Of a DNA stretch of 64,000 nucleotides, positions 1 through 10,890 are shown piece by piece. The DNA comes from Escherichia phage ELT1, in sequence record MZ892903.1, one strand, 5' to 3'. The notes under the pieces are model-generated. The model was not told the DNA's origin and made no database searches. It saw only the letters and a list, made by a program, of their open reading frames with translations. The position numbers and the translations under genes were made by a program. Position 1 is the stretch's first letter; every line of letters starts with the position of its first letter.

Positions 1-57
1 TCTAACCGAGAAAAGTCAAAAAGAAATAGTGTAGATCTTTGGGATTTACTAGAATGA
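1..57 (+). CDS. 18: 3' end of tail sheath gene (partial, runs off window start)
   Basis: Open frame from window edge ending in TGA at 55-57, directly upstream of gene 19 as in the T4 tail module; identity inferred from position only. Confidence 0.4.
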   Translation, partial: SNREKSKRNSVDLWDLLE

Positions 58-64
58 TTCTAAA

Positions 65-82
65 GGCCTGTTTCGGCAGGCC
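65..82. terminator. GC stem-loop (ggcctg/caggcc) after gene 18
   Basis: Perfect 6-bp inverted repeat read in sequence. Confidence 0.35.
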
Positions 83-83
83 A

Positions 84-91
84 TATAAATA
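84..91 (+). promoter_or_regulatory. T4-type late promoter core TATAAATA
   Basis: Exact TATAAATA upstream of gene 19. Confidence 0.4.
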
Positions 92-142
92 CACTATATC
101 CTTAATTCTTTAATTCTATATGCCCTAGGTTAAACATAGGGA

Positions 143-150
143 TATAAATA
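143..150 (+). promoter_or_regulatory. T4-type late promoter core TATAAATA
   Basis: Exact TATAAATA 15 bp upstream of gene 19 ATG. Confidence 0.5.
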
Positions 151-164
151 CTACAGAGGCTAAT

Positions 165-656
165 ATGTTTGTAGATGATGTAACACGAGCGTTTGAATCT
201 GGTGATTTTGCTCGACCTAACTTATTCCAAGTAGAAATTTCTTATCTTGGACAAAATTTTACGTTTCAATGTAAAGCCACTGCTTTACCAGCTGGTATTG
301 TAGAAAAAATTCCAGTCGGATTTATGAACCGTAAAATTAACGTAGCAGGCGATCGTACATTCGATGACTGGACTGTTACAGTAATGAACGATGAGGCACA
401 TGATGCTCGCCAGAAGTTTGTTGATTGGCAAAGCATTGCTGCTGGGCAAGGGAACGAAATTACTGGTGGAAAACCAGCAGAGTATAAAAAGAGCGCTGTT
501 GTTCGCCAATATGCTCGTGACGCTAAAACTGTAACAAAAGAAGTCGAAATTAAAGGTCTGTGGCCTACTAACGTGGGTGAACTTCAATTAGATTGGGATT
601 CAAACAATGAAATCCAAACGTTTGAAGTAACTCTCGCTCTCGATTATTGGGAATAA
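165..656 (+). CDS. 19: Tail tube protein gp19
   Basis: 163-aa ORF; length and sequence match T4 gp19 as recalled. Confidence 0.95.
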   Translation: MFVDDVTRAFESGDFARPNLFQVEISYLGQNFTFQCKATALPAGIVEKIPVGFMNRKINVAGDRTFDDWTVTVMNDEAHDARQKFVDWQSIAAGQGNEITGGKPAEYKKSAVVRQYARDAKTVTKEVEIKGLWPTNVGELQLDWDSNNEIQTFEVTLALDYWE

Positions 657-663
657 AATGAAT

Positions 664-677
664 GGGGAGAAATCCCC
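664..677. terminator. Short stem-loop with GAAA loop after gene 19
   Basis: gggga-gaaa-tcccc inverted repeat. Confidence 0.3.
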
Positions 678-688
678 ATCCTGCTTAA

Positions 689-2313
<1,625 letters not shown>

Positions 2314-2314
<1 letters not shown>

Positions 2315-2553
2315 TGGAAGGTTTAATTGAAGCTATTAAATCAAACGACCTCGTAGCCGCTCGTAAATTATTTGCTGAAGCCATGGCTGCAAGAACGACT
2401 GATTTAATTAAAGAAGAAAAAATCGCTATCGCTCGTAATTTCTTAATCGAAGGTGAAGAACCTGATGACGAGGATGATGACGAAGACGAAGATAGTGATG
2501 ATAAAGACGACAAAAAAGACAAAGACTCTGACGAAGACGAGGATGATGAATAA
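2314..2553 (+). CDS. 67: Prohead core protein gp67 (acidic C-terminal tail)
   Basis: 79-aa ORF with poly-Asp/Glu tail; position between 20 and 68. Confidence 0.8.
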
Positions 2554-2978
2554 TGCTTCTGATCCCTGAAACTCATGAATTAGTTCTCGAGAATGTCGAA
2601 GCACTTATTCCTGAAGCACAGGGTCGCTTTGACGAATTGTCTTCTGCTTTAAATAAAGACGATATAAATACAATTGTCGAGAATATGCTTGATGATGAAA
2701 CTGATTTAGCGGTTGCATTAGCTTCTATTAATGAAAATATGCCGTTAAATGAATTTATCGTTAAACATGTTTCTGCCCGTGGTGAAATTACTCGCACTAA
2801 AGATCGCAAAACCCGCGAACGTAATGCATTTCAAACTACCGGGTTGTCTAAAGCAAAACGTAGACAAATTGCTCGTAAAGCTACCAAAACGAAGATTGCC
2901 AATCCAGCAGGTCAATCTCGTGCTCAGCGTAAGCGTAAAAAAGCTCTTAAACGCCGTAAAGCATTAGGATTAAGCTAA
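2553..2978 (+). CDS. 68: Prohead core protein gp68
   Basis: 141-aa ORF; position and length as in T4. Confidence 0.8.
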
Positions 2979-3616
2979 TGAATGAACCCCAATTACTAAT
3001 TGAAACTTGGGGTCAACCTGGCGAAATTATTGATGGCGTACCAATGCTTGAATCTCATGATGGAAAAGACTTAGGTTTAAAACCGGGTTTATACATCGAA
3101 GGAATATTCATGCAAGCGGAAGTCGTCAATAGAAATAAACGTCTTTATCCAAAACGTATATTAGAAAAAGCGGTAAAAGACTATATTAATGAGCAAGTTT
3201 TAACTAAACAAGCTCTCGGAGAATTAAATCATCCTCCACGCGCTAATGTTGACCCGATGCAAGCCGCTATCATTATAGAAGATATGTGGTGGAAAGGAAA
3301 TGACGTATACGGACGAGCTCGTGTTATTGAAGGTGACCACGGTCCTGGAGATAAATTAGCAGCTAATATTCGTGCCGGATGGATTCCAGGAGTTTCTTCT
3401 CGTGGATTAGGTTCATTGACTGACACAAATAAAGGTTATCGTATCGTAAACGAAGGATTCAAATTAACTGTAGGTGTTGATGCAGTATGGGGTCCAAGTG
3501 CTCCAGATGCATGGGTAACTCCTAAGGAAATTACAGAATCACAGACGGCGGAAGCCGATACAAGTGCCGATGACGCCTATATGGCTCTCGCAGAGGCCAT
3601 GAAAAAAGCGTTATAA
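2978..3616 (+). CDS. 21: Prohead core protease gp21
   Basis: 212-aa ORF; position and length match T4 gp21. Confidence 0.9.
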   Translation: MNEPQLLIETWGQPGEIIDGVPMLESHDGKDLGLKPGLYIEGIFMQAEVVNRNKRLYPKRILEKAVKDYINEQVLTKQALGELNHPPRANVDPMQAAIIIEDMWWKGNDVYGRARVIEGDHGPGDKLAANIRAGWIPGVSSRGLGSLTDTNKGYRIVNEGFKLTVGVDAVWGPSAPDAWVTPKEITESQTAEADTSADDAYMALAEAMKKAL

Positions 3617-3619
3617 ATA
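3612..3619 (+). promoter_or_regulatory. T4-type late promoter core TATAAATA
   Basis: Exact TATAAATA about 30 bp upstream of gene 22. Confidence 0.45.
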
Positions 3620-3646
3620 TTATTATCTAAACAACAGGACTACAAA

Positions 3647-4456
3647 ATGCTTAAAGAACAACTGATTGCCGAAGCGCAGAAAATTGATGCTTCCGTTGCT
3701 CTTGATAGTATTTTCGAATCAGTTAATATTTCTCCGGAAGCAAAAGAAACTTTCGGCACTGTATTCGAAGCTACCGTCAAGCAGCACGCCGTTAAATTAG
3801 CTGAATCTCATATCGCTAAAATTGCTGAAAAAGCAGAAGAAGAAGTAGAAAAAAATAAAGAAGAAGCAGAAGAAAAAGCTGAGAAGAAAATCGCTGAGCA
3901 AGCTTCTAAATTCCTTGACCATCTTGCAAAAGAATGGCTCACTGAAAATAAATTAGCAGTAGATAAAGGTATCAAAGCCGAACTGTTTGAATCCATGCTT
4001 GGTGGATTGAAAGAGCTCTTCGTTGAACACAACGTTGTTGTTCCAGAAGAATCAGTTGATGTTGTAGCTGAAATGGAAGAAGAACTGCAAGAACATAAAG
4101 AAGAATCAGCTCGTCTGTTCGAAGAACTCAATAAGCGTGACGCATATATCAATTATGTGCAGCGTGAAGTGGCATTGAGCGAAAGTACTAAAGATCTGAC
4201 TGAGTCTCAAAAAGAAAAAGTCTCTGCTCTGGTCGAAGGTATGGATTATTCAGATGCATTCTCAAGTAAATTGAGTGCAATCGTAGAAATGGTGAAGAAA
4301 TCTAATAAAGATGAAAGCACTATTACTGAGAGTATAAATACTCCTGATACTGAAGCAGCCGGACTGAATTTCGTCACTGAAGCTGTAGAAGATAAATCTG
4401 CACAAGGTGCAGAAGATATTGTAAGTGTATATGCGAAAGTCGCATCTCGTTTCTAA
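3647..4456 (+). CDS. 22: Prohead scaffold protein gp22
   Basis: 269-aa ORF, Glu/Lys/Ala-rich coiled-coil composition; position and length match T4 gp22. Confidence 0.9.
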   Translation: MLKEQLIAEAQKIDASVALDSIFESVNISPEAKETFGTVFEATVKQHAVKLAESHIAKIAEKAEEEVEKNKEEAEEKAEKKIAEQASKFLDHLAKEWLTENKLAVDKGIKAELFESMLGGLKELFVEHNVVVPEESVDVVAEMEEELQEHKEESARLFEELNKRDAYINYVQREVALSESTKDLTESQKEKVSALVEGMDYSDAFSSKLSAIVEMVKKSNKDESTITESINTPDTEAAGLNFVTEAVEDKSAQGAEDIVSVYAKVASRF

Positions 4457-4474
4457 TTTTAAAGGTTAACACAA

Positions 4475-6040
4475 ATGACTATCAAAACTAAAGCTGAACT
4501 TTTGAACAAATGGAAGCCATTACTGGAAGGTGAAGGTTTACCGGAAATTGCTAATAGCAAACAAGCGATTATCGCTAAAATCTTTGAAAACCAGGAAAAA
4601 GATTTCCAGACAGCTCCGGAATATAAAGACGAAAAAATTGCTCAGGCATTCGGTTCTTTCTTAACAGAAGCTGAAATCGGTGGTGACCACGGTTACAATG
4701 CTACCAACATCGCCGCAGGTCAGACTTCTGGCGCAGTAACTCAGATTGGCCCAGCTGTTATGGGTATGGTACGTCGTGCTATTCCTAACCTGATTGCTTT
4801 CGATATTTGTGGTGTTCAGCCAATGAACAGCCCGACTGGCCAGGTATTCGCGCTGCGCGCAGTATATGGTAAAGATCCAATCGCTTCCGGCGCTAAAGAA
4901 GCATTCCACCCAATGTATGGTCCAGATGCAATGTTCTCTGGTCAGGGTGCTGCTAAGAAATTCGCTGCTTTGAAAGCAAGTGATACTCTTGAAGTCGGAA
5001 CTATTTACACTCACTTCTTCCAGGAAACTGGTACAGTATATCTGCAAGCTACAGCAGCTAAACAAATTGGTTCAGGCGCATCTGACGCAGACAAATTAGA
5101 TGCTGAAATTAAGAAACAAATGGAAGCTGGTGTACTGGTAGAAATCGCTGAAGGTATGGCTACTTCTATCGCTGAACTTCAGGAAGGTTTCAACGGTTCT
5201 ACCGATAACCCATGGAATGAAATGGGCTTCCGTATCGATAAACAAGTTATCGAAGCTAAATCTCGTCAGCTGAAAGCTGCTTACTCTATTGAATTAGCAC
5301 AAGACCTCCGCGCTGTTCATGGTATGGATGCTGATGCTGAACTGTCTGGTATTCTGGCTACAGAAATTATGCTGGAAATCAACCGCGAAGTTGTTGATTG
5401 GATTAACTACTCCGCTCAGGTTGGTAAATCTGGTATGACCCTGACTCCGGGTTCTAAAGCTGGTGTATTTGACTTCCAGGACCCAATCGATATTCGTGGT
5501 GCTCGCTGGGCAGGTGAATCCTTTAAAGCTCTGTTGTTCCAGATTGACAAAGAAGCAGTTGAAATTGCTCGTCAGACTGGTCGCGGCGAAGGTAACTTCA
5601 TTATCGCTTCCCGTAACGTAGTTAACGTTCTGGCTTCAGTTGATACCGGCATTTCTTATGCTGCACAGGGTCTGGCTACCGGCTTTAACACTGATACTAC
5701 CAAGTCAGTATTTGCTGGTGTTCTGGGTGGTAAATACCGTGTATATATCGACCAGTATGCTAAACAGGATTATTTCACTGTAGGTTATAAAGGTCCGAAC
5801 GAAATGGATGCTGGTATTTACTATGCTCCATATGTAGCTCTGACTCCGCTGCGTGGTTCCGATCCGAAGAACTTCCAACCAGTAATGGGATTCAAAACTC
5901 GTTACGGTATCGGTATCAACCCATTTGCAGAATCCGCTGCTCAGGCTCCGGCTTCTCGCATCCAGAGCGGTATGCCTTCTATTCTGAATAGCCTTGGTAA
6001 AAACGCTTACTTTAGACGTGTATATGTTAAAGGTATCTAA
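4475..6040 (+). CDS. 23: Major capsid protein gp23
   Basis: 521-aa ORF; N-terminus MTIKTKAELLNKWKPLLEGEG matches T4 gp23 as recalled. Confidence 0.98.
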   Translation: MTIKTKAELLNKWKPLLEGEGLPEIANSKQAIIAKIFENQEKDFQTAPEYKDEKIAQAFGSFLTEAEIGGDHGYNATNIAAGQTSGAVTQIGPAVMGMVRRAIPNLIAFDICGVQPMNSPTGQVFALRAVYGKDPIASGAKEAFHPMYGPDAMFSGQGAAKKFAALKASDTLEVGTIYTHFFQETGTVYLQATAAKQIGSGASDADKLDAEIKKQMEAGVLVEIAEGMATSIAELQEGFNGSTDNPWNEMGFRIDKQVIEAKSRQLKAAYSIELAQDLRAVHGMDADAELSGILATEIMLEINREVVDWINYSAQVGKSGMTLTPGSKAGVFDFQDPIDIRGARWAGESFKALLFQIDKEAVEIARQTGRGEGNFIIASRNVVNVLASVDTGISYAAQGLATGFNTDTTKSVFAGVLGGKYRVYIDQYAKQDYFTVGYKGPNEMDAGIYYAPYVALTPLRGSDPKNFQPVMGFKTRYGIGINPFAESAAQAPASRIQSGMPSILNSLGKNAYFRRVYVKGI

Positions 6041-6055
6041 TCTTTGACGATTTAA

Positions 6056-6071
6056 GGGACCTTCGGGTCCC
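6056..6071. terminator. Stem-loop gggacc-TTCG-ggtccc followed by T-rich tract
   Basis: Perfect 6-bp stem with UUCG loop 16 bp after gene 23 stop. Confidence 0.55.
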
Positions 6072-6088
6072 TTTAGTTGTTTTTATGG

Positions 6089-6096
6089 TATAAATA
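6089..6096 (+). promoter_or_regulatory. T4-type late promoter core TATAAATA
   Basis: Exact TATAAATA about 28 bp upstream of gene 24. Confidence 0.5.
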
Positions 6097-6123
6097 AATC
6101 ATATAAACCAAAAGGAAAGCGCA

Positions 6124-7407
6124 ATGGCTAAAATCAACGAACTTCTGCGCGAATCAACCACAACGAATAGCAACTCAATCGGTCGCCCAAATCTCGTTGC
6201 TTTGACTCGCGCTACCACTAAATTAATATATTCTGACATTGTAGCAACGCAAAGAACTAATCAACCTGTTGCTGCTTTTTATGGTATCAAATACCTTAAT
6301 CCAGATAACGAATTTACATTTAAAACTGGTGCTACTTACGCTGGCGAAGCTGGATATGTAGACCGAGAACAAATCACAGAATTAACAGAAGAGTCTAAAT
6401 TAACTCTCAATAAAGGCGATTTATTCAAATATAATAATATCGTTTATAAAGTATTAGAAGATACACCATTTGCTACCATTGAAGAAAGTGATTTAGAATT
6501 AGCTCTTCAGATTGCAATTGTTCTTTTAAAGGTTCGTCTATTTTCTGATGCTGCAGTAACAAGCAAATTTGAAAGCTCTGATAGCGAAATTGCGGATGCT
6601 AGATTCCAGATTAATAAATGGCAAACCGCAGTTAAATCTCGTAAACTTAAAACTGGCATTACAGTTGAATTAGCGCAAGATTTAGAAGCAAATGGATTCG
6701 ATGCTCCTAATTTCTTGGAAGATTTGCTTGCAACTGAAATGGCGGATGAAATCAATAAAGATATTCTGCAATCTTTGATTACAGTATCAAAACGCTATAA
6801 AGTTACAGGAATTACTGATACTGGATTCATTGATTTGAGTTATGCATCTGCACCTGAAGCTGGTCGTTCATTATACCGAATGGTATGTGAAATGGTTTCG
6901 CATATCCAAAAAGAATCAACTTATACAGCAACGTTCTGTGTTGCTTCTGCTCGTGCCGCTGCGATTCTTGCTGCATCAGGTTGGTTAAAACATAAACCAG
7001 AAGATGACAAATATCTTTCACAAAATGCCTATGGGTTTTTAGCTAATGGTTTACCACTTTATTGCGATACTAACAGCCCATTAGATTATGTAATCGTTGG
7101 CGTAGTAGAAAATATCGGTGAAAAAGAAATTGTTGGATCAATTTTCTATGCTCCGTATACAGAAGGTCTCGACTTAGATGACCCTGAACATGTAGGTGCA
7201 TTTAAAGTTGTTGTTGATCCAGAAAGCTTACAGCCGTCTATCGGTTTATTAGTTAGATATGCTTTATCTGCAAATCCTTACACTGTAGCAAAAGATGAAA
7301 AAGAAGCAAGAATAATTGATGGTGGAGACATGGATAAAATGGCGGGTCGTTCAGATTTGTCTGTTTTATTAGGTGTTAAGCTACCAAAAATTATTGTTGA
7401 TGAATAA
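6124..7407 (+). CDS. 24: Capsid vertex protein gp24
   Basis: 427-aa ORF; length matches T4 gp24; gp23-like fold inferred from position. Confidence 0.93.
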   Translation: MAKINELLRESTTTNSNSIGRPNLVALTRATTKLIYSDIVATQRTNQPVAAFYGIKYLNPDNEFTFKTGATYAGEAGYVDREQITELTEESKLTLNKGDLFKYNNIVYKVLEDTPFATIEESDLELALQIAIVLLKVRLFSDAAVTSKFESSDSEIADARFQINKWQTAVKSRKLKTGITVELAQDLEANGFDAPNFLEDLLATEMADEINKDILQSLITVSKRYKVTGITDTGFIDLSYASAPEAGRSLYRMVCEMVSHIQKESTYTATFCVASARAAAILAASGWLKHKPEDDKYLSQNAYGFLANGLPLYCDTNSPLDYVIVGVVENIGEKEIVGSIFYAPYTEGLDLDDPEHVGAFKVVVDPESLQPSIGLLVRYALSANPYTVAKDEKEARIIDGGDMDKMAGRSDLSVLLGVKLPKIIVDE

Positions 7408-7413
7408 AACAAA

Positions 7414-7429
7414 GGGACCGAAAGGTCCC
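7414..7429. terminator. Bidirectional stem-loop gggacc-GAAA-ggtccc flanked by A/T runs
   Basis: Sits between convergent genes 24 (+) and rnlB (-). Confidence 0.55.
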
Positions 7430-7437
7430 TTTTTTAT

Positions 7438-8442
7438 TTAACTTACCAATTCAATCCAAGTCGGACGAAGTACATCTTGTACCATTTTAACTAATTCCTT
7501 TTTAATCAAAGAAGGATTATCCGCTTGAGTTAAAGTAATACCTTCACGAGAAGTTTCTTCCAAAATATCTTGAACAGTTAGTCCCATCACCTTTCCAAAA
7601 TCTTTTGGACCAATTTCGCCAATTTTAGAAATAACGTTATTTACTCGGTTCAGTGTAACGTAACAAGCTAAAATTCCCAGCAATTTATTATCAGCTTCTG
7701 ACAGTTCAACTTTAGCTTTAATAGGCTTATCAGACTTTTTCTTTTCGCTAAATTTAGAGTTCTTGCATTTAATCGCTACACGATTGCCATTAGGCATCCA
7801 AAAAGGATAACAAGGTTTCAATACATATCCTTCAGCAGTAAATACTTCGCCTTTTGCTTCGGCATTCCAAACGCATTTATTTGCATCAACTAATCCAGCG
7901 TGGTCTACCGTAAAATTATAATCCTGGACGACAGAATCTAAATCATTTGGCAATTTAATAAGTTCTTCAAATTTACCACGACCCAAAAGTGGAGCCATTT
8001 TAAATTTGAATGTATTACAGAATGATTCCATCATATAATCATCGACATAAGTCACATCACCACTTTCTGTAGTAACAATAATGTCAAATACATAAAAATC
8101 TTTATCACCATAATCAACATTCTTCTGAATGCCAGGTCCAGCGAATTCGCCGAAGACTTGATAAGATACAACTGCCGAAGTTTCCATAATATCTTGTACT
8201 GCTTTAATGGAATCAGCGTAATTCTTCAAAATAATTTCATACCCAAAGAAATCTTCAGCAGGAAGAATCGGTCCAGTACGTTTAGCACAAGTTGCTTTAT
8301 CGCGTTCAATAATCAGTGAGAAATTTGTGCCATGAATCTTTTCACGAGCTACCCATTCGCCGCCAGTCAATCCTAAACTGTAAAGTTTTTCAATGAATTT
8401 AGAATTGTAATGATTTTCAAGACTGCTATACTTTTTAAACAT
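7438..8442 (-). CDS. rnlB: RNA ligase 2
   Basis: 334-aa ORF; N-terminus [25 protein letters not shown] and KIHGTN ligase motif match T4 Rnl2. Confidence 0.95.
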   Translation of the reverse strand: MFKKYSSLENHYNSKFIEKLYSLGLTGGEWVAREKIHGTNFSLIIERDKATCAKRTGPILPAEDFFGYEIILKNYADSIKAVQDIMETSAVVSYQVFGEFAGPGIQKNVDYGDKDFYVFDIIVTTESGDVTYVDDYMMESFCNTFKFKMAPLLGRGKFEELIKLPNDLDSVVQDYNFTVDHAGLVDANKCVWNAEAKGEVFTAEGYVLKPCYPFWMPNGNRVAIKCKNSKFSEKKKSDKPIKAKVELSEADNKLLGILACYVTLNRVNNVISKIGEIGPKDFGKVMGLTVQDILEETSREGITLTQADNPSLIKKELVKMVQDVLRPTWIELVS

Positions 8443-8451
8443 AATTAATCC

Positions 8452-8730
8452 TCAAAATGTAATTTCTAACCAATCACCATCACGCTGATCACTATTGACT
8501 TTAAAGCTAAATCCTTCTTTTCTCAGCCAATCACCAATTTCTTCAGTAATCAATTTATCGCGAGCGGTACAATAATAACTAAAATATGTTTTACCTTGTT
8601 CAGCTGCTTTATTAGCAAGTTCCGAAAAATCTTTAATAAAACACTCTAGTTTAAACTGTTTACTTTTAAGTGCTTTTTCGCGTAATTGATTAGCGAAAGA
8701 TTCATTTTCATAAAGATCATACTGTTCCAT
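8452..8730 (-). CDS. Hypothetical protein (24.2 position)
   Basis: 92-aa ORF, start tightly spaced after upstream gene. Confidence 0.6.
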   Translation of the reverse strand: MEQYDLYENESFANQLREKALKSKQFKLECFIKDFSELANKAAEQGKTYFSYYCTARDKLITEEIGDWLRKEGFSFKVNSDQRDGDWLEITF

Positions 8731-8932
8731 TTTTCACCTTTTTATTAATATGTCTTTTTCTATAGACAACTTTTTCTCGAGTCTCAAATTTATTCTTAGC
8801 AGTCATAGCTCGAGCCCATAATACAGCCACTTCTTTCGCCTGTAAGTTCAATTCACGAGCAATTTCAATGAATGACTTTCCAGACTCATGAAGAGTAAAC
8901 ACCACAACCTCAGTTCTCATAATCAATCTCAT
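8717..8932 (-). CDS. Hypothetical protein (24.3 position)
   Basis: 71-aa ORF overlapping downstream ORF by 14 nt. Confidence 0.5.
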   Translation of the reverse strand: MRLIMRTEVVVFTLHESGKSFIEIARELNLQAKEVAVLWARAMTAKNKFETREKVVYRKRHINKKVKNGTV

Positions 8933-9001
8933 GTTATCGAGTTGGTGCCATTATATACATCATTTTCTGAGTGTGTTTTGTGTGCTTTCAAAATGAAGAA
9001 A

Positions 9002-9015
9002 GGGGCCGAAGCCCC
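9002..9015. terminator. Stem-loop ggggc-cgaa-gcccc
   Basis: Inverted repeat between hoc start and upstream gene. Confidence 0.4.
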
Positions 9016-9020
9016 TAAGA

Positions 9021-10151
9021 TTATGGATAGGTATAGATGATACCAGTTTCTAAAGCAGTTTTATGAATGATGTATCCATTACGTGATTCTTGAACATCAA
9101 CTTCTGGATAATCTTGCAACATCTTCTGAAGAGTGTAACGATGCAAGTAATATTTACTATCTGGATCTTCAGTTTTCCAATCTTTACCTTCTTCGGTCAT
9201 TTTTTGGATTTCATCCATAACCCACCAACCGCACCAGATATAAGCTGAAGTACGATGTGGAAGAGGATGAACATAAGGCAATTCACCTTCTGGTTCTGGA
9301 GCAACTTTATCAGTTACCTGAACTTGACCTTCTGCTGTGATAGTTTTGCTATCATAATCAGTAGCGGTAACAGTTGCAGTAACTTCAATAGTTTGACTTC
9401 CAATAGATGATGTATCAACGGTGTATACATTAGTTGACCCTTCTACAGGAGAAGAATCTTTCTTCCATGAATACGTAATTTGCGCTTCTTCCGGGGCATC
9501 AGTGACATTAGCAGTAAATGTAGCCGAAGCATCTTGCTGAACGTTAATAGAAGGAGGAGTCAATGTAACCTGTGGATTCATTGTCTTCTTATTAACAGTC
9601 AGTGATACTTCATTAGAAGTAACTTCCTTTGCATCATAATCTGTCGCGGTTACTTGAGCTACACACTTAATTGTTTTAACTCCACTTGTAGTTGGAGTAT
9701 AGCTAAATGTAGCGGAAGTTGCTTCACTAACAGGAGAATCATCTACATGCCACTGATACGTAGCAGATGCGCCTGGTGGTTGAGAAGCTAAAGCAGCGGT
9801 AAATTCAACAGCTGTTCCGATTACTCCAGCATCAGGGCTACCAGGAGTTACTGCCAAGGTAGTTGTTTGTGTCTTATTTTGAACTGTGATAGTTGTACTA
9901 ATTTCAGCTGTTTCGGGACTACTATCGGCAACTTGATTGGTTGCAACTACTTTAATAGTCTTTTGACCGGCAGGTCCTTTTAGTACATAACTAAAAGTTG
10001 CTTCAGCTCCATCCTGTGGAACATCGTCTACAGTCCAAGCATAGGTAATAGTTCCACCTCCAGTTTCACCACTGGGTGTAGCAGTAAACTGCTGAGTCTG
10101 ATCTATAACTCCAGTAGGTGTTTTAGGAGTTATATCAACTGTAAAAGCCAT
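9021..10151 (-). CDS. hoc: Highly immunogenic outer capsid protein Hoc
   Basis: 376-aa ORF, Thr/Val-rich repeated beta-strand segments; length and position match T4 Hoc. Confidence 0.88.
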   Translation of the reverse strand: MAFTVDITPKTPTGVIDQTQQFTATPSGETGGGTITYAWTVDDVPQDGAEATFSYVLKGPAGQKTIKVVATNQVADSSPETAEISTTITVQNKTQTTTLAVTPGSPDAGVIGTAVEFTAALASQPPGASATYQWHVDDSPVSEATSATFSYTPTTSGVKTIKCVAQVTATDYDAKEVTSNEVSLTVNKKTMNPQVTLTPPSINVQQDASATFTANVTDAPEEAQITYSWKKDSSPVEGSTNVYTVDTSSIGSQTIEVTATVTATDYDSKTITAEGQVQVTDKVAPEPEGELPYVHPLPHRTSAYIWCGWWVMDEIQKMTEEGKDWKTEDPDSKYYLHRYTLQKMLQDYPEVDVQESRNGYIIHKTALETGIIYTYP

Positions 10152-10160
10152 AAGTTATCC

Positions 10161-10841
10161 TTATTTTAATGTTACGAAAGAAGAGTTGCGTGTTTCACGA
10201 ATTAGAACTGATCCGTCACGGTTAATGTAGTAAATTAAGCTAAATAAAGTTTGATGTGCCGACGCGTGTTCAAAACTAGTTGGGTGAGATTTCCAATCCG
10301 GAGTTTCAGCAATCCACTGGTAAATCCACCAAGGAACAGTACAGAATCCTGGATTTTTTCCAATCAGCTGAAGATTCGGACTAAAGTTTTCCGGAAGAGT
10401 AAATACAGACGGCTTTTCAGATTCAATAATCTCAGCTACAGCCTGTTCAAATTTTTCTTCAACAAAAGGAGTATCTTCAATCAAAACATCGGTATTTTCG
10501 GGAATTTTATCCATTTCTACTACTTCAATTTTAATGTCAGATTTAACCGGAGAATCAATCAGAAGTGCTGCCTCTGGATTGACTTCTTCATCGTCATATT
10601 TTAACCCCTCTGCAGCATCAGCAGCATCAATTAAGTCTTTAATAGATAACCCATCAGTCTCTGGCATAGGTTCACTAGCGAGCTTCTGGAGGGCTTCTTC
10701 AATATCATTAACGATATTATCAAAAGATTTATTCTTTTTGACCTTTATACCAAACTGTTCAGCATATTCAGCTAATTTAGCCTTAGCTTCTTTATTATCA
10801 TCAAGAGCCTTCAGCTCTGCAATATAATCTTTATCTATCAT
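10161..10841 (-). CDS. inh: Inh, inhibitor of prohead protease
   Basis: 226-aa ORF in the T4 inh position. Confidence 0.8.
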   Translation of the reverse strand: MIDKDYIAELKALDDNKEAKAKLAEYAEQFGIKVKKNKSFDNIVNDIEEALQKLASEPMPETDGLSIKDLIDAADAAEGLKYDDEEVNPEAALLIDSPVKSDIKIEVVEMDKIPENTDVLIEDTPFVEEKFEQAVAEIIESEKPSVFTLPENFSPNLQLIGKNPGFCTVPWWIYQWIAETPDWKSHPTSFEHASAHQTLFSLIYYINRDGSVLIRETRNSSFVTLK

Positions 10842-10854
10842 AATATTTCCTCAG

Positions 10855-10862
10855 TATAAATA
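10855..10862 (+). promoter_or_regulatory. TATAAATA late-promoter-like core upstream of segE
   Basis: Exact TATAAATA 28 bp before the segE ATG. Confidence 0.35.
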
Positions 10863-10890
10863 TAGATATATTTATTACTCGGAAAATAGT

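Noticed and set aside
285-587. 100-aa minus-strand ORF inside gene 19
   Set aside because: Lies entirely antisense within the well-supported tail tube gene; no start context; typical shadow ORF.
3808-4152. 114-aa minus-strand Ser-rich ORF inside gene 22
   Set aside because: Antisense of the Glu/Lys/Ala-rich scaffold gene; compositional artefact.
10251-10827. Plus-strand ORFs of 117 and 97 aa opposite inh
   Set aside because: Antisense to inh, no ribosome-binding site, low-complexity translations.
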